This document shows positions 25,301-37,101 of a DNA stretch of 64,000 bases, piece by piece. Below the pieces are notes generated by a model. That model saw only the letters and a list, made by a program, of their open reading frames with translations. It ran no database searches and was not told the DNA's origin. The stretch is from the NCBI RefSeq assembly GCF_031769215.1, contig NW_026782440.1, positions 186,001 through 250,000 of the forward strand. Reading direction: 5' to 3'. The translations under genes and the position numbers were made by a program. The stretch comes from Ylistrum balloti (taxonomy: Eukaryota). Each line of letters begins with the position of its first letter. The stretch's first letter is position 1.

Positions 25301-26460
25301 ATCTGTGTATGTTACATGTGTACATTATGTATATCTGTCTATGTTACATGTGTACATTATGTATATCTGTGTATGTTACATGTGTACATTATATATATCT
25401 GTGTATGTTACACATGTACATTATGTATATCTGTGTATGTTACACATGTACATTATGTATATCTGTGTATGTTACACATGTACATTATGTATATCTGTGT
25501 ATGTTACACATGTACATTATGTATATCTGTGTATGTTACACATGTACATTATGTAAATCTGTGTATGTTACATGTGTACATTATGTATATCTGTGTATGT
25601 TACATGTGTACATTATGTATATCTGTGTATGTTACATGTGTACATTATGTAAATCTGTGTATGTTACATGTGTACATTATGTATATCTGTGTATGTCACA
25701 TGTGTACATTATGTATATCTGTGTATGTTACATAATGTATATCTGTGTATGTTACATGTGTACATTATGTATATCTGTGTATGTTACATGTGTACATTAT
25801 GTATATCTGTGTATGTTACATGTGTACATTATGTATATCTGTGTATGTTACATATGTACATTATGTATATCTGTGTATGTTACATGCGTACATTATATAT
25901 ATTTTTACTATAATATGATGATTGTTTATCTGTACCTGTCACATATGTACTCCTATATCTGTATCACTGTTGATCATTTCTTTCAGATAAGACGTCCAAA
26001 GGGACTCAAAACAGGAAGAAAGGACACATTTCTTCATAATCATAATGCTTTAAGAACAAGAGACAACAAAAGATATTTTAATCAAACAAGGGTAAGTTTC
26101 AACTCTTATTTTTAATTTTTTAAATATTGATCTGTTGACATTGCAGACTTCAACAATATGAATAAAATAGATCTAATAAATAATTGGATAAAATATGAAA
26201 CACCATATCAACCAAACCTGCAAACATATTCCTAAACTGATTTGTCTTTTTAGTTAACCAGTCGTTTGGATAGAGAAACTGGCGTGAGTACTGTGAAGTA
26301 CAGTGTAGATCGTCGTGTCAACTTGGTTATTGATGGAGCACCTGTGACAATGCTAAATGTGCGCTTAAAGTGTGATCTGGAAAAAACAAAGTGGTGTTTA
26401 AAGAAAGAGGACCATGAAAAGCTATACAGATATGGAGCTAATTCTATCATAAATAACTGA
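22319..26460 (+). CDS. B4GALT7: Beta-1,4-galactosyltransferase 7 (xylosylprotein 4-beta-galactosyltransferase, GT7 family), 348 aa
   Basis: join(22319..22743,23404..23629,24418..24501,25987..26091,26254..26460) = 1047 nt, GT-AG introns, phases continuous. Type II membrane N-terminus ([31 protein letters not shown]). GT7 motifs: [26 protein letters not shown] (DxD), FVGGILL, and the B4GALT7-diagnostic [17 protein letters not shown]-terminal [11 protein letters not shown]...C...W C. An in-frame TGA at 22247-22249 fixes ATG 22319 as the first usable start. Confidence 0.95.
22947..23235 (+). mobile_element. Helentron-associated (DINE/pearl-like) non-autonomous element remnant in B4GALT7 intron 2
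   Basis: T-rich start ttattatgtcccg, catattgtttttg followed by a (TCTG)n microsatellite at ~22997-23009, then gacc..tgaccttga-type subrepeats; this layout is typical of the class. Confidence 0.5.
23658..24000. repeat. 38-bp minisatellite, about 9 copies, B4GALT7 intron 3
   Basis: Unit AAATTTAATCTTGTATG(C/T)T(A/G)TTGTTTACCTTCATTGAT, starting ~28 nt after the exon 3 donor. Confidence 0.95.
24653..25901. repeat. 32-bp minisatellite, about 39 copies, B4GALT7 intron 4
   Basis: Unit CATGTACATTATGTATATCTGTGTATGTTACA; period 32 (e.g. 25441 and 25473). It explains the Y/C/M/V-rich ORFs in the track. Confidence 0.95.
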
Positions 26461-29400
26461 TATTATATTACTGGTTACAAATCAGAACTTTTTGTCTGTG
26501 ATAGGAGTAGCCTTTTCAGGAATCAATTTGTCCAATGAAAGTTATTTTTAATAGTACATTGTATATGGATTACATTTTTGCATTAATTGGAAAGACTATT
26601 TGCCATCACCACAGTTACTACATATAAAAGATGGCAGTTTATGTTAATACAGCTGGCTGCATTCTGGTTGTCCATGCTGTGACCAGGATTTCTGGCAACA
26701 GACTTTGATTCATGGTTCTGTTACTGTGATATTACATGTTTTATTGATCAAGTTGATACAGGCCTTGCTGCTTATGACTTTGTGCACCACCATCATTGTC
26801 AAAGGGGCTCAATTACTTGATAAAGCTCTTGATACTTTTGACTTTGGACTCAGGCATCAAAATCAAAAGGGCTCAATTACTCGGGTATTTTTGTACTCTC
26901 TAAAACAGTTTATTGTCCAATGTCCATTGTTTTAAAGGCTGGTTTCATTTTAAGAATAAGGAAAAATAAAATTGGCTTATAAAATAATGAAAATTGGACA
27001 ATTAAAGATTTTAGAATCTAAATATTTGACCTAAACATCTAGTTGCTTAAAAACAACGACCGTATTTAAATAATGTCTTTATCAGAATCGTCCATGTTTA
27101 ATTCTTGTTCCTGTCCTTTAATCACTAAATCAATCACTACTAAGATTTGTATTTCCTTCCTGTATTTGATTCTGTCATTATCAGTAGCTCCAATTTACTG
27201 GCAATGCTTACTTTATAACGTTGTTAGCCATCATTGATTATATGTACTTATTAAAGTAAACTTGATAATTTTTGCATATGTGTGATAGATATAGGATCTT
27301 ATTGAATTTTCAGTTGATATGAGATTTTACAAAATGGAAACAAATTTAAGATACTTTTTATCACATAACTAAGAAAAGGTTTAACTTAAGGGATTATGTT
27401 TTAAAAGTTTTTATGAGATCACATGAATTCCTACAATGATTTGTGCCATTTAATTTCATGTAAGTTATTTTATCATATTCATATTTTGTGTTAATATCAC
27501 TAAGTTTTATCACTAATACAGCATGTGTACATTTTAAATGTTTGCCCTTGTATCATTCACACTATATATATGATTTAATCATACACATTAAACTTCATTA
27601 TAGAAAAGTAAAACTTGGTAGACACTCTGTATTAGAGACCAGGTATCACTTTGTTACCAGTCAATATCTTGCCATCAGTGCAGATGTCAAATTTCTGATG
27701 TACATTAAATGAATGTATATTCATAATTGTCTGCTATAATAGTTTTGCTATTTTAGGAAGTTACAGAGTTTTTACAGATATTAAAAGATTATAGAGTTTA
27801 TCAAGTTTTAATTTTTCAATTTTCCTAAGAAGACAAATATTTGAGTTTTATGCATTTTAATCAAATATTGCTATCAAGGTTATGTATGTAATATGTTTAT
27901 GTCACAGTATCATTTCAACAGAATTGTTTAAAGTCAGCATTTTCCTGCCAGTGAATATTACAGTATTAGCATAGAAAAGCATTAGCAGTGTACTGTGAAA
28001 TTATGGACAGTCGTTGCCAGTTGATATATTTGTAAATATATTGCTAATTTTTACTTTGGTAATACATTTGTAGTATTCATTTAATAGCCATCACAATAAA
28101 TTTCCATTCAAAAAACAGAAAAACATCATCTTTAAGATGCATTTAGGTGAACTGTGATGCTTTCAGGCTTGTTTTTAGAGGATGCTTCATTATCTTCAAA
28201 AATGGAACAAGATACCATTTATATACATGTACTGGAATAGAAGATAGTTTACCTAACATACAACTTTCTTCATTCATTAGCATCAGATCCTGTGTGTTTA
28301 CAGACACAAAGGGCAATTTTAAAACAGTTTTATCAAGTTTGTGATTATTTACATCTTTTTATTCAACCACAATATAAAAAGTGGCCTATGATTTGAAAAA
28401 GTGATACCCTGAAATGTAAACCTGGATGGTATTCCTTAGATTTTATGTTTGAATAAGTAGGACTCAAGAACTTATTTATTCATCAGATGGAATTTCAGAG
28501 TTATTGTAGGCTGTCATTGCTGTACAGACATAAGCTTTGTGAGCTGGCAATTAATGAAATTAATCTTCAAATTGTACTTGATGACAATGCTTATTTAAAT
28601 GCTTCAGAAACAAATCACGCACTTGACATATTTAAGACTAAGTGTATGTATTGTAATATTGTTTTTTGCTTGTTTATATAAACAAGTGCCATGAAATATT
28701 ACTGTTACATTTTCAATATAATACTTTTCTATCCACAAGATCTCCTGTAAGCACGATAAAAAGGATATAAGTGACTAGTATTATGAAACCTGCTTTTACT
28801 GACAAAGATTAGATCTGACATGATTTGATAATAGGCTGCTATTCATACTTTGGTTCGATTGAGATTTTTTACTTGAGCTTACCAAATTGTGGACTTTGGT
28901 GATAATTGAAAATTTAAACCAAGTTTTGTATACTAATCTACTTTAGATCCAAAGATTTATCAGAGCATAGAAACATGTACATGTACATTCATACAATACT
29001 TGCACTGATAACTATTTATCTTACATTCAGCATACTTTTTATTATTCAATGAAGTTTTTGGTAGTTATTTTATTTTTCTAGATATTATTTTCTACCTTTG
29101 GATGCCAAAAACTGATAAATTCTTTCGGTCACTGGAATCATTCTCATGAATGAATGGGGAATACACTGATTCTAAAGTGTGCTGAATGATATTGAAATTG
29201 AATTGAAATTTTAAAAGTAAAAAATGTTTAAAACTTTCTCAATGTGTCTTTATTGTCTTTCATTTTTTAAAAACGTTTTCATATGTCCTACAGATATGAG
29301 CTGTTGTCATATGTACATGTATATGTGTAAGATTGCATTTTAACAGTTGGTGTATGTATGTCTATTTCAATACAAATTCAGCTTTAAGTTAGTTTATTAT

Positions 29401-31364
29401 GAGCATATGTGATGAAGCTACAAGATGAATTTTTTTTATTGATGTATAACAGGACATCATTTTAATATCTTATGTATGTAAATGTGTGATTTATTGTGAA
29501 TTTAGAAAATGCTTGTGCCACACCTGCCTAATCGTACATCCATATCAGTTCATTTAATGTCTAATTTGGCAAGATGTTTCAAAAAAAAAAAATTATTTTA
29601 ACTTTGATAGAATAATTTGTACTTAATAAAATCCAGAAAGGAAGCAATGAGACTGAACACAGGTATGTGCTTTGATTGTCTCCAAGTCAACCAAGATTTG
29701 ATTGACAATGTGTGAAGTGAATGGAAAATTATTCATTTTCTATAGTATTGTTTTTATAACATCATATAAATCTATTTGTGTAGAATCCTGACAGCATATG
29801 TTTTTCACTTCACATTTCATCATTTGACAAGAAATTTTGAAAAAATTTGATTTTTTGATGGTAGTCCTGTTTTTGTGTTATTCATACCAAGTACCAAACA
29901 TTATTATTCCAGCACAGTGTGTCTTTTTTTATATTCAAGGTATAAAGCCTGCACAAAATACATAATTCTATATTTCGTTAACAAATATGACATTGTATCC
30001 TGTTTATCATGGGATATAAATATATAAGCCTATGTTTTCACCAATGATAACTTTTCACTTCATCTTTTTTTTTGTACTTGTAAGTTTTAGATGGAAAATA
30101 TTCTATAATTTTACTTAATGAAGTCTGAAGCATTCACATCTGCACCATGTACTTAACATAGATCTACCACGTGTAATGTGCTTGTCATGGGTACATGGAT
30201 TGGAAGGAGCGAGAATAAAATGATCATTTAATATTATATAATGCTTTGATGTCTTGTTTTCCTCGAACAGTGTGAAGTGTTCAGTTCTTACGCTTTAGAT
30301 TTATGTGAAAATCTCAATATATGAGAATTACTCTTCACTGCTGTAGTAGTTTAAGTAACACTTGCCATTTATACGTGTATTGTAGAATTCCCTTAAATAA
30401 GACAATGCAGATCTGTTGAACTCCTTCCTTTTACCACTAACTCCAGAATCACATGTCTGTCGCGATGGCTTTATACAATGAAGTGCACGTGAAATCAAAT
30501 GCCCCATAGTCAAGGGAACAATATTCTTGGAAAACGTGTTCCTGTTCTTAATACATTGTATCTATGGAAGAGCCACGGAATCGGTCAGTAATGACTGCAG
30601 ACGTCGGTAATTGACCTCTTTTTCGATATTCATATATTCACGCGGACATGAAGATGCCACTATTTTATAGCAAGGGCTGTGGTTGGTTGGTTGAGAGGGT
30701 TTCCGTCGCCATGCCTCCTCCCGTTGCCGGATGTCAATGTTCCAACGGCGTTATGGATGTGACACACCCTGATTGCGTGACGTCACACGATTCGGCGATC
30801 AATGAAAACGACTGCGACGTGCAGACTAATACAAGTTCTATATTTATTAGTACAACACAGTGTCATAATGAATTTTCATGTTGTTATTGAAGAACAGTTC
30901 ATCGTGCACACGTGTGATGCATTTAAAGAAAGGGATGAAATGATCATTTATCGAAAAACAGAAAAGAACAATTGGCGGTACCCAACCTGACCTGCTCCGA
31001 AGATGTTGCATTCCCTTTTTCTTTACTACAATATGTATGATTCCTGCTATTTTAGTAGTATAATAACTTTATTTCATAGATAAAACGTCCGATTTCTGTG
31101 AACGAAGTAAACAGAGTTCATTTCGGCAAGTAAACCTTGAACGACGTCCCCTATGGTCAGATCATATCAATAACAAAAAAGTACTAACATTTCACCACAA
31201 TCATAACCCAAACTCAAATTTAATCTAAAACTAGGACAAAATATGAACAAAGGAAATATCTACACAGAGACTCCTGAAAAAGTAAAAGTAGAGTTAGACC
31301 TCTACTTCATCGGCAATACCCGTCATGTAAACCTTGGTCAATCCAAGTAAGTAGAGTCACGCTC

Positions 31365-31862
31365 TCAGATGAGAACAAGGTATACAACAACGGAACCAAC
31401 AGGTAAACTAACGAACATGCAATGTTTCTCAATGAGATAACTAGGACGACTGTAAAATCCATCCATATTTTTCATCAACTTGCGTGTTTTGAAACCATGG
31501 ATAAAGAATTTGTCCGTCAGCTGGCATCTTCTTGCGCAAAAACCGTGATAATAGGAACAGACAATTGAATATCGAAATACGTGTGACATGCAAATATCAT
31601 TGATTGGTGATGCAGGAGTGTTGCGATCCAGAATTGGAAAATTCACAATTGAGAAATCGAAATTATCACGTTTATCATACATCGTGGTAGAAAGCTCTCT
31701 TCGTTGTCGGAAAAGTTCGAGATAAGCGGTTGATGGAGAAGAGTCTGTCGTGATTGCAAATTCTGCATTGTCGTGGTCAATTAATGTTTTGTTATACAAT
31801 GACAAGACGTCTTTAAATATATCTGAAAGTGAATTAAACGATTTTGCAAGGTAATTCCACAC
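31365..31862 (-). mobile_element. Degraded Penelope-like retroelement RT C-terminal fragment
   Basis: TTDSSPSTAYLEL...STTMYDKRDNFDFSIVNFPILDRNTPASP...SHVFRYSIVCS...DKFFIHGF resembles the Penelope-like RT thumb consensus (SASYLDL, YDKRDDFNF.IVNFPFL.SNIP.SPAYG..ISQLIRYARAC). Confidence 0.75.
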
Positions 31863-32672
31863 TACAATGGATTTTTTTAGCTCATGTTATTTTCTTATCT
31901 GGGTTCAACTCCATTTTTTCAATTCAATGGAAAATGCATTAGAAATTTCGGGTAAGGTATAACAGATATTCGAGTGAACTATCTAGGTAGATTAAATATT
32001 TTAAGCGATACGTGTGTTTATGTATCACTTGAGAATAATTATTGCTGGAGTACAAGTCAGATTAATTAACTCTCATCATCGTGACATGGCGTTACAACTG
32101 TTCTAAAATCACGAAATTGCTAGCTTATAAATAAACTAATACATAATGAATGAAGTCTTATACAACATTTCTGAGGAGTCATTTTCACCTGTACATGGAT
32201 ATCCTTTGATGTTAACCATGTGTTTGTCAAGGTAAAAAAAATGTAATGGCACCACTACATGTAACATTCTGACCCCCACATCCCGTACACGTGCTTTAGC
32301 CCGGACGTCCACGCCCCCTCTCTCCAAAATTAAAATCGTATCATCTGTCGCCGAGGATACACTGGTTACCGTCGGGGCGCCAACTAGTACACTGCAGGTA
32401 GGACAATCATATATAGATGTATAGATGTAGGTAAAAATTATGGTCACTATACTTTTAAATGAATTTTGAGATTGACTTTGCATCAATGCACCTATATATT
32501 GATTTTAAAAATGCTTAATTTGATTGGTTAACCCACATGGGACAGTTATGGTAAAGTAATAATATGACATTATGTAAGACTATTATCACTTCATTGGAAT
32601 GGAAAATGGGTTTCGGTTTTAGACGAAAACAGGAAATACCATATAAAATAACGGCATTGTTAAAGCGAACTA

Positions 32673-32896
32673 NNNNNNNNNNNNNNNNNNNNNNNNNNNN
32701 NNNNNNNNNNNNNNNNNNNNNNNNNNNNNNNNNNNNNNNNNNNNNNNNNNNNNNNNNNNNNNNNNNNNNNNNNNNNNNNNNNNNNNNNNNNNNNNNNNNN
32801 NNNNNNNNNNNNNNNNNNNNNNNNNNNNNNNNNNNNNNNNNNNNNNNNNNNNNNNNNNNNNNNNNNNNNNNNNNNNNNNNNNNNNNNNNNNNNNNN
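32673..32896. other. Assembly gap (224 N)
   Basis: Run of N. Confidence 1.
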
Positions 32897-33763
32897 GAAG
32901 TAACATACTGATAGAAATAGAAATAAATCTGTTAACATTTCGTGATTACGGCGCAAATTCATTCCAATGCTTATTCGTAGAAATTATTCTTTTAATTTGT
33001 GGAGAGTATAGATAACATAATTTGTTTGTGCACTAGCAACACTTCTGTAAATGATGTCGCCTTTCCTTGTCTTTTCTGTTGTTTTTGGTTTTGTTGTGTT
33101 TGTTTCAAAGTCAGATATTGATCAACGGGTCATCTATTCCGTCATTCCGTCCACATTTTTCGTCCTGTTTAGACCAATGCGTTCGCGATATCTCAGTCAC
33201 TAAAGAGTCGGAATACGTAACCTCTGGACAAGATCCGAGGCACGTGGTTCAATGCTCCTTTCATCCGTGACGCTTTGTTTGTGAGGAGACTGTGGATCGA
33301 ACCGATCTATTTTGGTGTTGTGGTTACCACGGGCAAGTTAGTTTACAATAACTACTTTGGATAACACGCGACGGAACTCCCGTCTGTTGTTACCAGCGGC
33401 TACAAGGAACACCGGCCTCAAATTAACCCCAGCTTTTCACGGGTAGATAGACCTAACAAACAAGCTGAGTTTTAAGCAATGTCAAGATATTTGACCATAT
33501 GTATGTTTCCTAAAGTCGCCACCCAGTTGTTTGTACACAATTGTCCTTCCATTCAATGTTCAAGTAACAACAACATTGGTACCGGGCTTCTGACCTTTTG
33601 ATAAAGGAAATATCAAGAGACCCTCATTCCATGGTTATATCCCGCTATTTGGACATCATACTTGCTTAGTCAGCAGATATCTGACAAAGTCTGAAAAGCT
33701 ACAGTTACACGAGCGTACTAAATAGTTAATTCTGTGGAAGACTTCAATGTGAATGTGAATGTC

Positions 33764-34058
33764 AGGGTCATGTCATCCCGGGACTGTCGCACACGATATC
33801 TGTCTAAACATTGTTTAGAGAAGTTAGTAGTTTAAAAACATTAGTGAATATTGTGTTCACGTCATCCCGGGACTGTCGCACAAGTTATCTGTCTAAACAT
33901 TGTTTAGAGAAGTTAGTAGTTTAAAAAACATTAGTGAATATTGTGTTCACGTCATCCCGGGACTGTCGCACAAGTTATCTGTCTAAACATTGTTTAGAGA
34001 AGTTAGTAGTTTAAAAAACATTAGTGAATATTAGGGTCATGTCATTCAGCGACTGTCA
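33764..34058. repeat. ~90-bp tandem repeat, 3 full copies plus a degenerate partial copy
   Basis: GTCATCCCGGGACTGTCGCAC... units start at 33772, 33861 and 33951; each contains the palindrome CTAAACA-T-TGTTTAG. Confidence 0.92.
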
Positions 34059-35929
34059 TTGGTCTCAGACAAGCAATATCGTTGGACAAAACAAAAGCTT
34101 TACCGGTCTGTGCAACTTTTGACAATGTACTCATCAAGTGTCTTTCATGCAAATTGTACATATACAAAATTCGAAATTACACCTTGAAATAGGTATCTTA
34201 TTTCTTAGACAGCATCTGTCACATTTCTTTCGACCAATTCCTTTTCTTCTCCCCGATCATGCTCTTCATATTGTCATAAAACACCTAGTGCTCAAATCAC
34301 AGATAAAAATAGCACTTACACATTGTTCAAAACCAGCACTATTACCTAACCAATGATTTTACTTCCCAAATAAAAATTGAAACATCGTTATCATAATGAA
34401 CAAAACAGACATTTTAGACACTAAAGAGATTATACATACATGTACATATACGTATATGATAGGGATTATAGAACAAAATACTTTAATGAGTAAAGAGAAG
34501 CAACCGCGATAGGTAATATACATGATAATATGATTAAGAAAGACTCAATTAATTAACTTCATTGGAATGTGAATCATTTGCAGGACAAATATGACAAGAC
34601 TTTCACGTGCGTTAATATTTATGTAACCACAAGAAAAAAAAACAATATGTCGCTCTTTCAACACAAACATCACCACAAATAAAATGGTTCAAATTTACTT
34701 AAATTGCAAATGGACTTTCTGCAATTTCTAAATATAGATAAACAGATCGTGTTTACGAGTTTTCGTGGGGGATCAAAATACATTGATCGTGATTGGTTTA
34801 GTAGGTGATTAAATGTTGTTGTGGTTTCTTTATTGGTGTTACGTCTTGATAAATAAACATGTCACTCATATATTTTATTTCCTGTGACAATGACTTACCG
34901 ACTTAATCACTTCCCTACGTTGGTCATTGTGTGTGTTTCCTTTGTGATTAGGACGGATACATTTAATGTTTCGAACCTCCTGTCCATTTCTTCAAAATAA
35001 AGTCCTCCTATGTATCACAATTATCATAAACATGCCACTGAATTGTTAGAAACTTATCAACATTACTTGGACAAAAATAAGACTATGAACCAGCGAGTTT
35101 TCGTTAAAATGATTAAGCGTTAAACTTAAATACAGTATTGAAAGGGAAGTTAAATTAGCCATATTTGTTTATACTTGCTACAATGTAGCAAATAGATTTA
35201 ATTAAAAAACTTCTATCTCTTTTATTAATCATAAAAAACTGAACTGCTTTTCAACCTCACAAAAATGGAATGTTTCGGCCGTTGTTATGTCTAGCTTAAA
35301 TCACGTTAAAAATAGTTTTAATATGTTTCAATCTTAAACTTCAATACTGAAATGAGAAGAAATATTTGTAAGCACAAGTGTGTGCAGTCATATTTCGAAT
35401 AAAATCAAATAAATTTGCTCTTTATCTGCATATTCATCATAAACTCTTTCCTGATTAGGCTGAACGTACTCAGTACGCATAGCCTATTGCGACGGCCTGT
35501 CAGACAAAATTTATCGATCCTGGCCTTCTCATTGGCTGAAATATCGAAAAGAGTTAGAGCCATCTAGCGGCAATTTTCTGCGTAAATAATAACGCGATCT
35601 TTCAAATCGCTATTTTAAAAGCATCCGAAATTAGTTTATTTTTTAATAATAATACGATTAATATATATTTCAAACAAGAGGCACAGTGTGGTTGAACTAT
35701 TGATAAATTTTGAATAATATATTTTACGGAATTCTCGAAATGACGTAAGCGTACAGAACACTGTACGTGCGAGTTGATAAGAAGCTAGTCTGGGGGCTTG
35801 GTTTGAATTATCAACTAACAGCACTTATAAACAAACAAAACTTATAAACAGAACATCAATTTTGTTTTAATCCTTGTCGTTGTGGCAAGATCGTCTTAAT
35901 ATATAACATCACTTTACCTCATTCGACCT

Positions 35930-35995
35930 CACGGAATTGGACTGCTCGTCCCACGCGCACACCCGCCGATATGACACTTTTTAGAGTTTTTCAAG
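35930..35995 (+). other. Possible non-coding first exon of peroxidase paralog 1
   Basis: TATATAA at 35900-35906, a CpG-containing stretch, donor CAAG/GTAAAA at 35995/35996; the coding exon begins with an acceptor ctttgtcatgttgtag|G at 37100 directly before the ATG, so an upstream exon is implied. Confidence 0.35.
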
Positions 35996-37101
35996 GTAAA
36001 AAGTTTGCGCTTCGTAGGCAATGTACATTTGGTGCTCATGATTTATGAATAATATATTTTAATACTGTACTGATCATGATGTTGACATGAAGTTGTTATA
36101 ACTTACATTATTTGTCTTTTAGTTTTTATTTGATGAAGGTTGATTGTGCTGATTTCTCTAGGTTTGTTAATGTGTATCAAAGTTCCTTGAAATGAAAATA
36201 TTCCTTCAAATAAAGCGCGTATAAAAAAAACCCACAAAATATTCATGTTTATAATTATCAATTAACTAAAACAAAATATTTCCATAACATATTCATTCAT
36301 TTAGCGTGTCATGGTGACATTATCTAATGCATTGGAGATCAGAAATAGTAGTAGCTATAGTGAAAATATTGTAAATTTTGTATATATATAGAAGTCTGGT
36401 TTAATCTCAAAGAACTACGCCTTTATTTTTAGACTGGTATAAAACTTGAATGTTGTTAAATTTCCCCTTATTTACGTTCAACCTGAATGTTTAAAGCGTT
36501 TTAATGTTAAACGTCAATACTATACTAAAAGGAGAAGTAAAGGGTGAAACGAGAGAAAGACAGTGATACTTCCTTTTGTCCTTTAATATTTTTTGTACAA
36601 CTGACGAGAGAGATTTATCAATCTTATCTTTTACTTTTCGAACAAAAGGTTTTGCATTCTGAAGGTGAATAATGTGTTGATTAACATTTCCAGAATATTT
36701 ACAGCGGACAAAAGGATTGAAGGATTATTTTTTTAAAAGCCTATTTCAAATACAAATATCTTGTCTTTATAATAAACATGTTAACATTCATCTGAATTTT
36801 TTTCCTTCCTCCGATATTCTGTGACAAAGTTGCGTTCGAACAGACATTTGATAGATTATGCAAGCGATCAACACGAGATATTGATAAGGGAATCTGCATA
36901 TAACACAAACGGACACAATACACATGTTTTACAGGTGTATTTTTTGTGGTTGGACGGTCACCATTCATGAGTCGAAGTCCCGATGTGTCAAAGTTTTCTC
37001 GACGGTCCCTTGAACTTCGACACATCGAAGTTTTACTGAAGTTTCAAAAAATGAAAATGTTCATGAGTACATAATAAACTTTATCTTTGTCATGTTGTAG
37101 G

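Noticed and set aside
24589-26115. Long ORFs (177-352 aa) rich in Y/C/M/V/H
   Set aside because: Artefacts of the stop-free 32-bp minisatellite inside B4GALT7 intron 4; only 25987-26091 is a real exon.
32564-32962. ORFs running through X residues
   Set aside because: Created by the N gap.
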